Shown: positions 27,574-35,914 of the stretch, piece after piece
How positions within the stretch are numbered: position 1 is the first letter of the stretch
Layout of the letters: each line of letters begins with the position of its first letter
Source of the DNA: Myxococcales bacterium
GTDB taxonomy: Bacteria; Myxococcota_A; UBA9042; JABWCM01; BTVJ01
Reading direction: 5' to 3'
Length of the DNA stretch: 39,288 nt
Assembly: GCA_045863395.1 (NCBI GenBank)
Contig: BTVJ01000067.1
Coordinates: 1 to 39,288 of the forward strand
Made by a program: the position numbers and the translations under genes
The notes under the pieces: generated by a model
What the model saw: the letters and a program-made list of their open reading frames with translations, nothing else
What the model was told of the DNA's origin: nothing
Databases searched by the model: none

Positions 27574-27939
27574 ATGGACGCCGACGCAGACCGCATCGCC
27601 CGCTTCATTCACCGCCAGGACGCCGCCGACGCAGCAAGCGCAGTGGAGCGCCGCACGCGGCTCACCAGCGAGGCCCGAAGCCTGGCGCGGCGCCTCGTGG
27701 AAGGCTTCGGGGCGTCGCGCGTCTGGCTGTTCGGATCGCTGGTCTGGGGGCACCCCGACGACGCCAGCGACCTCGATCTGGCGGCCGAGGGCCTTGCGGA
27801 GGAGAGCTACTTCCGTGCTCTGGCGGCCCTCCTGCGGGACTCGGCGGTACCCGTCGACCTCGTGCGGCTGGAGGAGGCTCCCCCGAGCCTGCGAGAGCGC
27901 ATCCTCGAGGGCGGCCTCCTGCTCGAGGGGGCTGAATGA
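27574..27939 (+). CDS. Minimal nucleotidyltransferase (MNT/MntA-like antitoxin)
   Basis: VWLFGSLVWG...SDLDLA (GS-x10-DxD) and VDLV motifs; stop overlaps the HEPN start (ATGA). Alternative start at 27565. Confidence 0.9.
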   Translation: MDADADRIARFIHRQDAADAASAVERRTRLTSEARSLARRLVEGFGASRVWLFGSLVWGHPDDASDLDLAAEGLAEESYFRALAALLRDSAVPVDLVRLEEAPPSLRERILEGGLLLEGAE

Positions 27940-28430
27940 GCACCGCCGACCGGCTCCGGGTGCTCCTGGCGGATCTGGCGGCCGATCAGGGGGCCCTGGA
28001 GCATCACGCCGAGACGATCCGCTGCTGCCTCGAGTCCCTGCCGTGGGAGCCCGACGCGCCGGTGCTCTCCGTCGTCGCGGTGGCCCTCCACCACTGGTAC
28101 GGTGCCGCGGAGAGCGCCATGGAGCGCGTGATCCGGTCCTTCGAGGGGCTGCCGGCTCAGGACTCCCGGTGGCACCAGCGAATCCTCGAGCTGTCGACCC
28201 GCGAGATCCCGGAGGTCCGCCCCGCGATCCTGTCGCCAGAGACTGCCGACGGGCTACGGGACCTGCTGGCCTTTCGCCACTTCTTCCGCCACGCCTATGC
28301 GATCTCGCTCTCGCCAGTGAAGCTTGCCGCGAACGCACGGGCCCTCGCGGACACGCACCCTCGCCTGGTCGCGGACCTCGCGCAGCTCGAGCGCGTGGTG
28401 CGCGCAGGCATCGCTGCCGCCGACAGGTAG
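27936..28430 (+). CDS. HEPN-domain ribonuclease toxin (HepT-like)
   Basis: LHHWYGAAE, WHQRIL and RHFFRHAY (R-x4-H followed by Tyr); coupled to the MNT gene. Confidence 0.88.
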   Translation: MSTADRLRVLLADLAADQGALEHHAETIRCCLESLPWEPDAPVLSVVAVALHHWYGAAESAMERVIRSFEGLPAQDSRWHQRILELSTREIPEVRPAILSPETADGLRDLLAFRHFFRHAYAISLSPVKLAANARALADTHPRLVADLAQLERVVRAGIAAADR

Positions 28431-28458
28431 CCCTGCGATGTCTGGCCCTGGGGTTGGG

Positions 28459-30321
28459 CTACCGGAGCCGCAGTCGCGGGCGCCAGGGGAGGGGGAGCGG
28501 TCGCTCGCGCTCGTAGCCCTCCGGAGGGGGACGGAGGCCGCCCAGATCGGCGCGCCCGGACGCGAGGCGGAGCCCTCGGCGGTCTGACACGTCCACCCAG
28601 GCGTCCATCATTCGGAGCGTGATCCTCAGGGTGCGGGTGCCGGGGGAGACTCCCGTGACGACCACCAGACCGGGCGCGGCGGACGCGGATTCGCCCGGAA
28701 GGGGGGCGGCGTGCAGCGCGATGGCGTCGGCGCCCGCGGGAATCTCCAGAGTGGCCCGGAGGCGCGCGCCGCGGTGAGTCAGCTCCACGGGCAGGTTTGT
28801 GGGGGGCCCGAGCGGAGCGGAGAGCTCCCCGGGGTGGTGCACGGCCAAGGCCCCCTCGTAGCGGACGCCGGCGTGCGTGCGCCTCGGAGCAGAGTGCGCC
28901 CCCGCGAGAACCGGTGTGGCGGTGATGCTCAGCGCCGGGAGCAGCGGCAGGCGGTGACGCTCCCACTCTCCGAGGATTGCCGCCCACGCGGCGGGGGAGA
29001 TGTGGGGGGCATTCGGCGGCGGGTCGTCCACCTCGTCGAGGAGCGCGAAGGGGAGCAGCGCCTCGCTCAACGCCGGGCTCAGCAGGCGCGCGGCCAGCCA
29101 GGTCCAGAGCACGTCCATTGTGCTGCGGAGGGTGTCCATGTCCGGCACCGCGCCGTCGCTCGGGCGGAGCAGGTTCCAGACCGTGCCCAGGCTGACCCGC
29201 ACCCCGGGGTGGTCCTCGGCGTCGAGCTCGCGCCGGATGCGGTCCACGTCCACCGGGGTCGTCGCCCAGACGTCGAGCTGGATCTGGTCCGTGTCGCGGA
29301 GGCGCGCGACGACGCGTCGCCAGGCGGCCTGCTCCCGCTGGAGGACGCCGGGGGGCAGCGCGGGAGCGTGCTCCTCGGCCGGGATCACCGACAGCGCAAC
29401 GGGGGAGGCGAAGGCCCTGTGCAGCAGATCCAGGTCCTCGTCGGAGGGGGCCGTACACAGGTAGAGCCCCACCATGCTGTCGAATCGGTGGGGACCTGAC
29501 GCGGCGAGGGCCCGGAGCCATGCCGTAAGGGTCCGTGCGGGCGGCTTGCCGCAGATCAAGCGGAGCTGCGAGACCCCGAGGGAGGCCGCGCGGGCCACCT
29601 CCGAGGCAAGCGCCCCGGGGGACCGCGTCAGGGTGCCGGGACCGTACAGCGAGGCGTGGGATCCGTAGCACGCGGGGCAGCGCATGGGGCAGCCGCGGGC
29701 GGCCGGAAGGGTGCGCGACGGGGAGAAGGCGGCGCTCGGCCAGTCGGAGACCCGAGACAGGGTGGGGAACCAGCCGAGGGTCAAGCAATCGGTGGCGTCA
29801 AACTCCGCCTGGGTCATGCGCAGCGAGGGTCCGGCGCCGGACCGGGACACGACGTTGGGGAGGTCGGTGGAGAGATCGGGGCGAAGCTCCGTGGGGAGAT
29901 CCCTGGGGAGATCCCTGTGGAGATTCGTGCGGAGCTCGGAGGGCGACCCGGCAAGCAGTGCTTTGACGAGCAGGGCAAAGGAGCGCTCCGAGTCTCCTCG
30001 CAGAACGTAGTCGACGCCCAGTCTGACCAGCTCGCTCGCGTAGTGCCCCGCGGTGATACCCCCGGCGACGATCACGGCGGCGGGGTTCGTGGAGCGGACG
30101 TGCTCGACGAGGCGCAGGAAGCCCGGCAGACCCACGGCCCAGTGGAGATCACTCGCCACCACCCGGGCTGCCCGAATCTCCGCGTCGCTCACCTCGAAGG
30201 CGTAACGGCCCAGACGCGCCGCATCCAGCGCGTTCATGCAAGAGATGGCTCCGGCCGGGACCACGGCGTCGCTGAGGTGCCCGGCCGGGTGGATGTAGAG
30301 GACCTCTGCTGCGCGCCGAAT
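28459..30321 (-). CDS. Cobalamin-binding domain / radical SAM protein; probable non-canonical ATT start
   Basis: VLYIHP, DLHW, VAGGITA and DYVLRGDSE (B12-binding fold); RGCPMRCPAC (CxxxCxxC). The frame is open from the SLT stop, and GGGAGGT lies 5 nt before ATT 30321. The first canonical start is GTG 30264. Confidence 0.8.
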   Translation of the reverse strand: MRRAAEVLYIHPAGHLSDAVVPAGAISCMNALDAARLGRYAFEVSDAEIRAARVVASDLHWAVGLPGFLRLVEHVRSTNPAAVIVAGGITAGHYASELVRLGVDYVLRGDSERSFALLVKALLAGSPSELRTNLHRDLPRDLPTELRPDLSTDLPNVVSRSGAGPSLRMTQAEFDATDCLTLGWFPTLSRVSDWPSAAFSPSRTLPAARGCPMRCPACYGSHASLYGPGTLTRSPGALASEVARAASLGVSQLRLICGKPPARTLTAWLRALAASGPHRFDSMVGLYLCTAPSDEDLDLLHRAFASPVALSVIPAEEHAPALPPGVLQREQAAWRRVVARLRDTDQIQLDVWATTPVDVDRIRRELDAEDHPGVRVSLGTVWNLLRPSDGAVPDMDTLRSTMDVLWTWLAARLLSPALSEALLPFALLDEVDDPPPNAPHISPAAWAAILGEWERHRLPLLPALSITATPVLAGAHSAPRRTHAGVRYEGALAVHHPGELSAPLGPPTNLPVELTHRGARLRATLEIPAGADAIALHAAPLPGESASAAPGLVVVTGVSPGTRTLRITLRMMDAWVDVSDRRGLRLASGRADLGGLRPPPEGYERERPLPLPWRPRLRLR

Positions 30322-30354
30322 GATCCACCTCCCAAACGCGGTGTCGGAGCGGCC

Positions 30355-31110
30355 TCACGGGCGGGGTCTGCGGGCGGGGTCCTTCGCTCCGCCGGCTCTG
30401 CTCGGGGTCTTCCCCTTGGCGGCGGCTTTGCTCTTCGCGGTGGCCTTGCCCATCGCGGTAGCCTTGCCCATCGCGGTGGCTTTGCCCTTCGCGGTGGCTT
30501 TGCCCTTCGTGGCGGCCTTCCCCTTCGCGGTGGCTTTGCCCTTCGCGGTGGCCTTCCCCTTCGCGGTGGCCTTGCCCTTGGCGGCCGTCTTCCCAATCAC
30601 GGTGGCCTTGCCCTTGCCGACCTTCCCCTTCCCGGCCGCCTGTGGAGGTGGCGCGGCAAGGCGGGGCCCGGCAGGGGCAGCACCCTGGAGCGTCCGAGAC
30701 AGCGTCACCACACCGCGCGCCCACTTGAGGGACTTGGGGCCGCATCGGCCCCCGGACCGGTAGTGGCAGATGGCTCGGGTCGGGTCTCCTCCCGCGCGGT
30801 CCAGCCAGGCATCCAGGGCGCGGACGCCGGCCCGCACGAGGTCGGGACCATGCCGCCGCCGGGTCGCCCGCATGACCTGCATCGGGCCGCGGGCGCCCTT
30901 GGATCCGCGAGCGTTGGGGTTGAGTCGCGACTCGTGCCACGCCAGAGAGACCGCCAGCGCTGGCGGGACCCCCTCGTCTATGGCGGCCTGCGCCACCCGC
31001 TCGCAGGTCTGCTGAGCTACGGGGCGGGTGACGCGGGCACCATGACCCCGCTCCGCGATGAGCGCGGCGCACAGCGCAAACACCTGGGCTACGGGTCCCA
31101 TGACTCCCAT
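30355..31110 (-). CDS. SLT-family lytic transglycosylase with polycationic KGKATA-repeat tail
   Basis: WHESRLNPNARGSKGARGPMQVM (ES catalytic and GxMQ motifs), AICHYRSG. Start is 31110 or 31101. Confidence 0.8.
   Translation of the reverse strand: MGVMGPVAQVFALCAALIAERGHGARVTRPVAQQTCERVAQAAIDEGVPPALAVSLAWHESRLNPNARGSKGARGPMQVMRATRRRHGPDLVRAGVRALDAWLDRAGGDPTRAICHYRSGGRCGPKSLKWARGVVTLSRTLQGAAPAGPRLAAPPPQAAGKGKVGKGKATVIGKTAAKGKATAKGKATAKGKATAKGKAATKGKATAKGKATAMGKATAMGKATAKSKAAAKGKTPSRAGGAKDPARRPRP
30400..30615 (-). repeat. 18-bp coding tandem repeat, about 12 degenerate copies (KGKATA)
   Basis: CGCGGTGGC(C/T)TT(G/C)CCCTT units on the + strand. Confidence 0.93.
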
Positions 31111-31302
31111 CTCCGGCGGCACGACGCCGCGGGACTGACTCTCTCGTCTGCCGGGGCCCGTGTCAACCTTCCTGGCCCTCCCGAGGGCACTGTAGAACAT
31201 CACCCCGTGCGCGGCAGAACTTCGACACCGACTTGGAACAGCCCGCCTGCTCGCCACGGCGACCATCGGCCCGACTAGCGGCGATCCGCCCCACGGACAC
31301 CA

Positions 31303-31318
31303 TGGCGCGCTTCTTGCT
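31303..31318 (+). promoter_or_regulatory. Sigma-54 (-24/-12) promoter of the DUF2330 gene
   Basis: TGGCGCG-CTTC-TTGCT with exact GG-N10-GC spacing, 36 nt before ATG 31355 (GGAGG RBS). Confidence 0.75.
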
Positions 31319-31354
31319 GGGACTCGCACCGTCAATCCAACAAAGGGAGGAGAC

Positions 31355-33379
31355 ATGAGCACGGTAGGACGCTGGTCCGCATGGACCGTGGCCGCTGGCC
31401 TGACCATCGCGCTGGTGGCCGACGCATCCGAGGCCGCTGCCTGCGGCGGGTTCTTCTGCAACGCGGTGACCCAGGCGCCCATCTACCAGGCCGGAGAGCG
31501 GGTCGTCTTCGCGCGGGAGAAGGACCGCGTCGCGATGCACATCGAAATAGTCTACCAGGGCGACCCGACCACCTTCGGCTGGGTGCTGCCGCTCGCGGAC
31601 ATCCCCACCGACTCGGAGGGCGTCCCCCTGCCGCTGGACAAGGCGGTGAGCATCTCGTCGGGCATCCTCTTCGACCGCATCCAGCAACAGACCAACCCTC
31701 TGTTCACAGTCCAGAACACGTTCGAGTCATCCTGCTGGGACGGTGGGTTCGGCGGCGCGGACGCATCGGGCGGTGGAGCGTCCGACAGCGCGGGCCCATC
31801 CAGCGTCCCTCCCCCCGTCGTCGTGCTTCAGGAGGCAGCCGTCGGCCCGTACGCGGCGCAGCTCATCCAGGCCACGGACGCCGACGCCCTGTACGCGTGG
31901 CTCAACGACAACGGCTACGTCCAGGACCCAGCCGCGCGCCCGATCCTCGAGTACTACGTCAACGGGAAGTACGTGTTCCTGGGGCTGCGCCTCCAGAGCG
32001 ACAAGAGCACGGGCGACCTGCGGCCGGTGGCCATCCACCAGACCGAGGACGCCCCCTGCGTCCCGCTGCGCCTGACCGGTATCGCCGCGACACCCAACAT
32101 GCCCATCCTGGTGTGGGTGCTCGGAGACGCCCGCGCCATCCCGAAGAACTTCCCCCACGCCGTCATCAACGACGCGGCGCTGATCTTCCCGGGCGGAGCC
32201 AACTACCTGGCCGTCGCCGACGACGCCATCGACACGCTGGCCGGCCACGCGTGGATCACCGAGTTCTCGGGGCCCGCATCCACATTCGCCAAGCTGTTCT
32301 GGGCTGGCAATGCTACGGCGGAGCAGGAGCTGAAGACCGCGCCGACCCTGGCCGCGTTCCTCAGCGCGGCCCGCTCCCTCGCCCTCTTCTCCAACGCGGA
32401 CTTCTCGGCGCTCCTCATGAGCGAGGTGCCGTTCCCCGACGGCCAGAAGGGCTACCCCTACGGCAACTGCTACTACTCCCCGGCCTACGACGAGAGCAAC
32501 TTCTGGCGCTTCGGCCCCTGCCCCAGCAACGAGGACCACGTGACTACGGAGGCCGAGTTCTACGGCTATCTGGACTGGTGGGCAGGCGAGCTGGAGCTCA
32601 CCGCGGACCTCGAGAAGCTCCGCAGCCGGGTGCTGGACGAGATCGTGGGTCCCCTCAAAGAGATCCAGGCCATGTTCGACAGCGCCAAGACGGTCACCCG
32701 CTTCTATACGACCCAGGACCCGGACCAGATGACCAAGGACCCCATCTTCGCGTTCAACCCCGACCTGCCGGAGGTGCCCAGGCAGCACGTGGTCAAGACG
32801 GTCATCTCCTGCGACGAGGCGACGCAGCAGGATCAGATCACCGCGACCTACTCCACCGGGCAGGTGCACGTCTTCCCCTGCAACGGTAGCTGCTTCGGGA
32901 CACCGACCTTCGGACCCGTCCCCGGCGCCCCGTCCTTGTTCCAGGCGCAAGTGCTCGACGAGTGGGGACCGCCTCGACCGTACGACCCGGACTTCACGCA
33001 GGACGTGGACGCCCAGCTCGACTACGCGCAGGTGGGCTCGCCGAGCCTCCCCTCGACCTACGAGCTGCCGCCGGCTCCCGAGCCGGACTTCGGCACGCCG
33101 GATGCTGGGCCCTCCGGCGACGGCCAGGGGCCGCTGAGCGATGCGAAGGGCGGCGGAGGGGGCGGCGGCTCGGCGGGCCCGGGCGGCTCGGGCGGCTCGG
33201 GCGGCTCGGGCGGGTCTTGCTCGGCGTCCCCGCGAGGCGGCCCCCTCCCGTGGGCTGCCCTCGCGCTAGCGCTCATTGCGCTCGCGCGACGCAGGTCGTC
33301 CGGCGCTCAGGAGCCCACAGCTCGCCCTCGGCGCTCGCCCTCGGCGCTCGCCCGACGCGCTACAACCCCATCTCCTTGA
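31355..33379 (+). CDS. DUF2330-domain secreted protein with MYXO-CTERM-like anchor
   Basis: AAACGGFFC...QAGERVVF, FGWVLPL, WLNDNGY, GDLRP, PLRLT; Gly/Ser linker then GSC-hydrophobic-RRR. Confidence 0.85.
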   Translation: MSTVGRWSAWTVAAGLTIALVADASEAAACGGFFCNAVTQAPIYQAGERVVFAREKDRVAMHIEIVYQGDPTTFGWVLPLADIPTDSEGVPLPLDKAVSISSGILFDRIQQQTNPLFTVQNTFESSCWDGGFGGADASGGGASDSAGPSSVPPPVVVLQEAAVGPYAAQLIQATDADALYAWLNDNGYVQDPAARPILEYYVNGKYVFLGLRLQSDKSTGDLRPVAIHQTEDAPCVPLRLTGIAATPNMPILVWVLGDARAIPKNFPHAVINDAALIFPGGANYLAVADDAIDTLAGHAWITEFSGPASTFAKLFWAGNATAEQELKTAPTLAAFLSAARSLALFSNADFSALLMSEVPFPDGQKGYPYGNCYYSPAYDESNFWRFGPCPSNEDHVTTEAEFYGYLDWWAGELELTADLEKLRSRVLDEIVGPLKEIQAMFDSAKTVTRFYTTQDPDQMTKDPIFAFNPDLPEVPRQHVVKTVISCDEATQQDQITATYSTGQVHVFPCNGSCFGTPTFGPVPGAPSLFQAQVLDEWGPPRPYDPDFTQDVDAQLDYAQVGSPSLPSTYELPPAPEPDFGTPDAGPSGDGQGPLSDAKGGGGGGGSAGPGGSGGSGGSGGSCSASPRGGPLPWAALALALIALARRRSSGAQEPTARPRRSPSALARRATTPSP

Positions 33380-34793
33380 GCTTCCGGGCCAGGGTGCTCC
33401 TCCCGATGCCGAGGACCTCCGCGGCGCGGCTGCGGTTGCCGTCGACCGCAGCGAGCACCCGCAGGATGTGCCTCCGCTCCACCTCCGCCAGCGTCGGCGC
33501 GACCGCCTCCTCAGGAGCCGCCCCGCTCGCCGGGAGGCCCAGGTGGTCCGCGGCGATCCACCCCTCGTGGGTCAGGACCACCGCTGCCTCGATGCAGTGC
33601 TCCAGCTCTCGCACGTTGCCCGGCCAGGCGTGCAGCCGCAGCCGCGCCCAGGCGTCCGGCGAGAGGCCGCGCACCTTGGCGCCGTGCTTGCGTCCGTAGA
33701 TCTGAAGGAAGTGCTCGACCAGCCCCTCCACGTCGGCCAGTCCCCGCTCCCGCAGGGGAGGCAGCGCGATCTGGACCACGCGCAGGCGGTAGAAGAGGTC
33801 CTGCCGGAACTGACCCGCCTCCACCAGGGCTGCCAGATCCCGGTTGGTCGCGCTGATCACGCGCACGTCCACCGTGACGGCCCGGCCGCTGCCGATGGGC
33901 TCGATCTCCCGGTCCTGCAGGAAGCGCAGCAGCTTGCCCTGGGCAGAGGCAGGCAGCTCGCCCACCTCGTCGAGGAACAGGGTCCCGCCGTCCGCTGCCT
34001 CGAACTTGCCGGTGTGGGCGCGGTCCGCCCCCGTGTAGGCGCCCCGGGCGTGGCCGAACAGCTCGTTCTCCACCAGGGTCGGCGGCAGCGCCGCACAGTC
34101 CACCTTGACGAAGGGCTTGTCCCGCCGTGAGCCGTTGGTCGCGACGGCCCGGGCGATGAGCTCCTTGCCGGTGCCGCTCTCTCCGGTGATGAGCACCGTC
34201 GCGTCCGTGGCAGCCGCCCGGCGCACCCGCTCGTAGACCGCGGCCATGGCCGGGCTGTCCCCTACGATGCGGTTGTAGCGGTACTGGAGCACCGGAGGCC
34301 CCGGCAGCCCCGGACGCAGCCGCGCCCCGAGGCTGGTACACGCGAGCGCCTGGGCCACCTGCGCGGCCAGGGCAAGCGCGAAGGCTTCGTCGCCCTCGGT
34401 GAACACCCCGTCCCTCTTGTTGAGGACCTGGAGCACCCCTACCACGGCGTCGATCCGAACGGGCACCGCCAGCAGGCAGCGCGTGCGGAAGCCCGTCTCA
34501 CGGTCCACGCCCTCGTACCACCGGGGATCGCTGTCGGGCTTGGGGAGGTTGAGCACCGTGCCGGTCTCCGCCACGATGCTCGCGATGCCCTGGCCCGGGG
34601 CCAGGCGGATGAACGGCAGCTCGGGAAGGTGCGCCGCCTTGGAGACGAGGCCGCCGGTGGCCGGGTCCCGCAGGAACAGGGTCGCCCGCTCGGCGCCCAG
34701 CTCCCGCGCCACCACGTCCACCATGCGGCCGAGGACGACGTCCAGGTCGATCTCCACTGTGAGGAGCTGCGCCACCGCGTCCAGGACACCCAT
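33360..34793 (-). CDS. GAF-domain sigma-54-dependent transcriptional activator (NifA/FhlA-type bEBP)
   Basis: N-terminal GAF ([22 protein letters not shown]); [37 protein letters not shown]; Fis-type HTH; GGAGG RBS before ATG 34793. Confidence 0.95.
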   Translation of the reverse strand: MGVLDAVAQLLTVEIDLDVVLGRMVDVVARELGAERATLFLRDPATGGLVSKAAHLPELPFIRLAPGQGIASIVAETGTVLNLPKPDSDPRWYEGVDRETGFRTRCLLAVPVRIDAVVGVLQVLNKRDGVFTEGDEAFALALAAQVAQALACTSLGARLRPGLPGPPVLQYRYNRIVGDSPAMAAVYERVRRAAATDATVLITGESGTGKELIARAVATNGSRRDKPFVKVDCAALPPTLVENELFGHARGAYTGADRAHTGKFEAADGGTLFLDEVGELPASAQGKLLRFLQDREIEPIGSGRAVTVDVRVISATNRDLAALVEAGQFRQDLFYRLRVVQIALPPLRERGLADVEGLVEHFLQIYGRKHGAKVRGLSPDAWARLRLHAWPGNVRELEHCIEAAVVLTHEGWIAADHLGLPASGAAPEEAVAPTLAEVERRHILRVLAAVDGNRSRAAEVLGIGRSTLARKLKEMGL

Positions 34794-34820
34794 CTCGCGC
34801 CTCCTCCATCCAGTCACCGC

Positions 34821-35666
34821 TCACGCCGCGGCCCGGCTCGCCTCGCCCAGCTCGATGACCATGCCCTCCCGGGCCGCGTCAGTCGCGGGGAAGCCCGCCC
34901 GCGCACGGGCCTCCAGGTCCGCGACGCCGGCGTCGTCCCTGTCGGGATCATGGTGGAACAGCACGAGGCGCCCGACGCCGCTCGCCTTTGCCTGCGCCAC
35001 CGCCGCCTCCACCGTCGAGTGGCCCCAGCCGAGGCGGGGCATGCCGGACGCCCCGGCATACTCCTCCGCCGTGTACTGGGCGTCGTGGATCAGCACGTCC
35101 ACCCCCCGCGCCAGCCGCGTCAGGCGCGGGTCCACCACACTGTAGTGCTCCGTGTCCGTCGCAAACACCACCGACGCCCCGCGCCAGTCGACGCGATAGG
35201 CCACGACCCCGTCCGGGTGGTTCAGCGCGGCCGCCGTGACCGTCGCGTCCCCGATGTGGATGGGGCGGCGCGGCTCCACCTCGTGGAAGCGAAGCTCCGC
35301 GCCGAAGGCGTCCAGGGTAACGGGGAAGAAGGGCTGCGTCATCTGCGTGGCGAGCACCTCCCGCAGCGTCGGGCCCGGGCGGGCCGCCCCGTAGAGGTCG
35401 AGGACGCCGCCCGGTACGAAGGCCGGCCCGAAGAAGGGCAGCCCCTGGATGTGGTCCCAGTGGGTGTGGGTGAACAGCACGTGCGCCCGCAGGGGCAGCT
35501 CCTTCATAAGATGACGGCCAAGCACCCGGATCCCGGTGCCCGCGTCGAAGATCAGCCGCACGTCGCCGCACTGAACCTCGACGCACGTGGTGTTCCCCCC
35601 GACCTGCACCGTGGCGCCGCCCGTCGCGGCGATGGACCCCCGAACTCCCCAGAATGTGATGCGCAT
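34821..35666 (-). CDS. MBL-fold metallohydrolase (RNase Z/phosphodiesterase-like)
   Basis: WGVRGS, DAGTG, THTHWDHIQG, HPDG, TDTEH, IHDAQY, GHST and FHHDP motifs; AGGAGG RBS. Confidence 0.92.
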   Translation of the reverse strand: MRITFWGVRGSIAATGGATVQVGGNTTCVEVQCGDVRLIFDAGTGIRVLGRHLMKELPLRAHVLFTHTHWDHIQGLPFFGPAFVPGGVLDLYGAARPGPTLREVLATQMTQPFFPVTLDAFGAELRFHEVEPRRPIHIGDATVTAAALNHPDGVVAYRVDWRGASVVFATDTEHYSVVDPRLTRLARGVDVLIHDAQYTAEEYAGASGMPRLGWGHSTVEAAVAQAKASGVGRLVLFHHDPDRDDAGVADLEARARAGFPATDAAREGMVIELGEASRAAA

Positions 35667-35701
35667 GGGACCTCCTGTGTGACAGACCACGGGACCCTGT
35701 C

Positions 35702-35716
35702 GCAAGGGCCGTGCCA
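35702..35716 (-). promoter_or_regulatory. Sigma-54 (-24/-12) promoter of the MBL-bEBP operon
   Basis: The minus strand reads TGGCACG-GCCC-TTGC, a consensus match 35 nt upstream of ATG 35666. Confidence 0.85.
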
Positions 35717-35812
35717 CGGCGGGCGGACAAGGCAACCGCCCGGAATCATGTATGACCCGCGGAGGTCGGCGCAGACGGGGCGGCCCGAATCGAGCCAGAG
35801 GACGCCCCGGGC

Positions 35813-35829
35813 TGTCTCACCCTGGGACA
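35813..35829. promoter_or_regulatory. Candidate upstream activator sequence (bEBP enhancer)
   Basis: Near-perfect palindrome TGTCTCA-CCC-TGGGACA (TGT-N11-ACA), about 100 bp upstream of the -24 box. Confidence 0.5.
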
Positions 35830-35914
35830 CCCGCCCGAGTGGTCCGGATGGTCCTTGCCCCCCCGCCAGGAACCTGCTATACGGCGCCTGAAAATCCGGA
35901 CCCGGAGGTCTACG

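Noticed and set aside
30400..30615. 18-bp repeats as a CRISPR or non-coding array
   Set aside because: Variation is mostly synonymous or conservative within the KGKATA reading frame, so it is a coding repeat.
30330..31350. Cobalamin riboswitch near the B12-binding gene
   Set aside because: No B12-box or conserved riboswitch core is recognisable.
33322..33353. 13-bp tandem duplication CTCGCCCTCGGCG
   Set aside because: It is about 2.5 copies in a low-complexity tail between convergent genes, with no evident function.
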